This document shows positions 45,773 through 46,312 of a DNA stretch of 46,312 nucleotides, piece by piece. The notes beneath the pieces are model-generated. The model had not been told where the DNA came from, ran no database searches, and worked only from the letters and a program-made list of their open reading frames with translations. The position numbers were made by a program, and so were the translations under genes. This DNA comes from a virus (Duplodnaviria; Caudoviricetes). How positions within the stretch are numbered: the first letter of the stretch is position 1; every line of letters begins with the position of its first letter. The DNA is taken from the IMG/VR virus record IMGVR_UViG_3300024309_000080, positions 1 through 46,312 of that record; one strand, given 5' to 3'.

Positions 45773-45832
45773 GAACGCATGTAGGAACGCACCGGAACGT
45801 GCGACACGGAATGATAGACTAACAGATTGATT
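45747..45832. promoter_or_regulatory. integrase arm-type repeats and IHF site
   Basis: TGTAGGAACGCA twice plus GGAACG copies; TAACAGATTGATT at 45820-45832 matches the IHF consensus. Confidence 0.65.
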
Positions 45833-45836
45833 TTTA

Positions 45837-45913
45837 TGGTGATCCCGCCGCGATTCGAACGCGGGACCCCCAGATTAGGAATCTGGTGCTCTATCCTGCT
45901 GAGCTACGGGACC
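45837..45913 (-). tRNA. tRNA-Arg(CCT)
   Basis: GGTCCCG acceptor, TAGCTCAG..GGATAGAGC D arm, CCAGA-TTCCTAA-TCTGG anticodon arm, GTTCGAATC T loop, encoded CCA. Confidence 0.97.
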
Positions 45914-46063
45914 ACTGACTGCACCCATACAAAAGCCGCGGCGGGAAGCCAAGCGATTTTCCGCGGGACGTTCCCTGCGGAACAGCGGGGCAGGGCGGCG
46001 CGTGAGACAGTCGGTTCATGGGATGAAATGGTTCATCCGCAGGAACCGACAGGAGAATGCCTC

Positions 46064-46312
46064 ATGCGCAGGATCATGCTTTCCGCCGTCGTCGCCACTT
46101 TCGCGGCACTTTCCTTCGCCGCGCCCTCCAGCGCCGGCGATTTCTCGATCGGCTTCGGCCATGGCTGGGGACATGGCCATGGTCGCGGCTGGGGCCACGG
46201 CGCCCATGTGCAGGTCTATGACGACTACGGCTACGACTGCTTCTGGAAGAAGGCGAAGCGCTACGACGCCTGGGGCAACCTCGTCATCCGCAGGGTGCGC
46301 GTCTGCCGTTGA
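46064..46312 (+). CDS. small secreted protein with GHGW repeats (host flank)
   Basis: AGGAG SD, signal peptide, C-terminal cysteine pair. Confidence 0.75.
   Translation: MRRIMLSAVVATFAALSFAAPSSAGDFSIGFGHGWGHGHGRGWGHGAHVQVYDDYGYDCFWKKAKRYDAWGNLVIRRVRVCR

Larger units (their letters stand above)
399..45885. mobile_element. complete temperate prophage, podovirus of BPP-1/T7-like morphogenesis type, integrated in tRNA-Arg(CCT)
   Basis: 49-bp imperfect direct repeat at both ends; integrase adjacent to the tRNA; immunity, replication, packaging, virion and lysis modules all present. Confidence 0.95.

Noticed and set aside
45827-46063. N-terminal extension of the last ORF
   Set aside because: Runs antisense through the tRNA; SD and signal peptide support the start at 46064

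Overview
The window is almost entirely one apparently complete, roughly 45.4-kb temperate prophage of a GC-rich alphaproteobacterium (Rhizobiaceae-like gene content), integrated in a tRNA-Arg(CCT) gene. The intact tRNA is at 45837-45913 (minus strand) and the displaced 3' half at 399-447. The left arm (minus strand) carries Cro/CII-like, RusA, GcrA-like, three methyltransferase-like, replication, terminase, BPP-1/T7-type podovirus head, tail and ejection, tail-fibre and lysis genes. The right arm (plus strand) carries cI-like, DUF6745-like, RecE-like, Sak4-like, Lar-HNH, xis and integrase genes. Features not explained by the ORF track: (1) a roughly 520-nt, extensively base-paired putative ncRNA between the terminase genes, with its own promoter; (2) nine same-orientation copies of a phage-specific promoter motif, GTGCTTTGC; (3) a domain relay in the fibre module that ends in a membrane-anchored copy of the fibre's terminal domain; (4) a phage-supplied tRNA T-stem with three fully compensatory base-pair changes; (5) a second alpA-rep-repeat module. 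Family assignments come from motif recognition by eye, not database searches. Many starts were trimmed from the ORF track to the start with RBS or coupling support.
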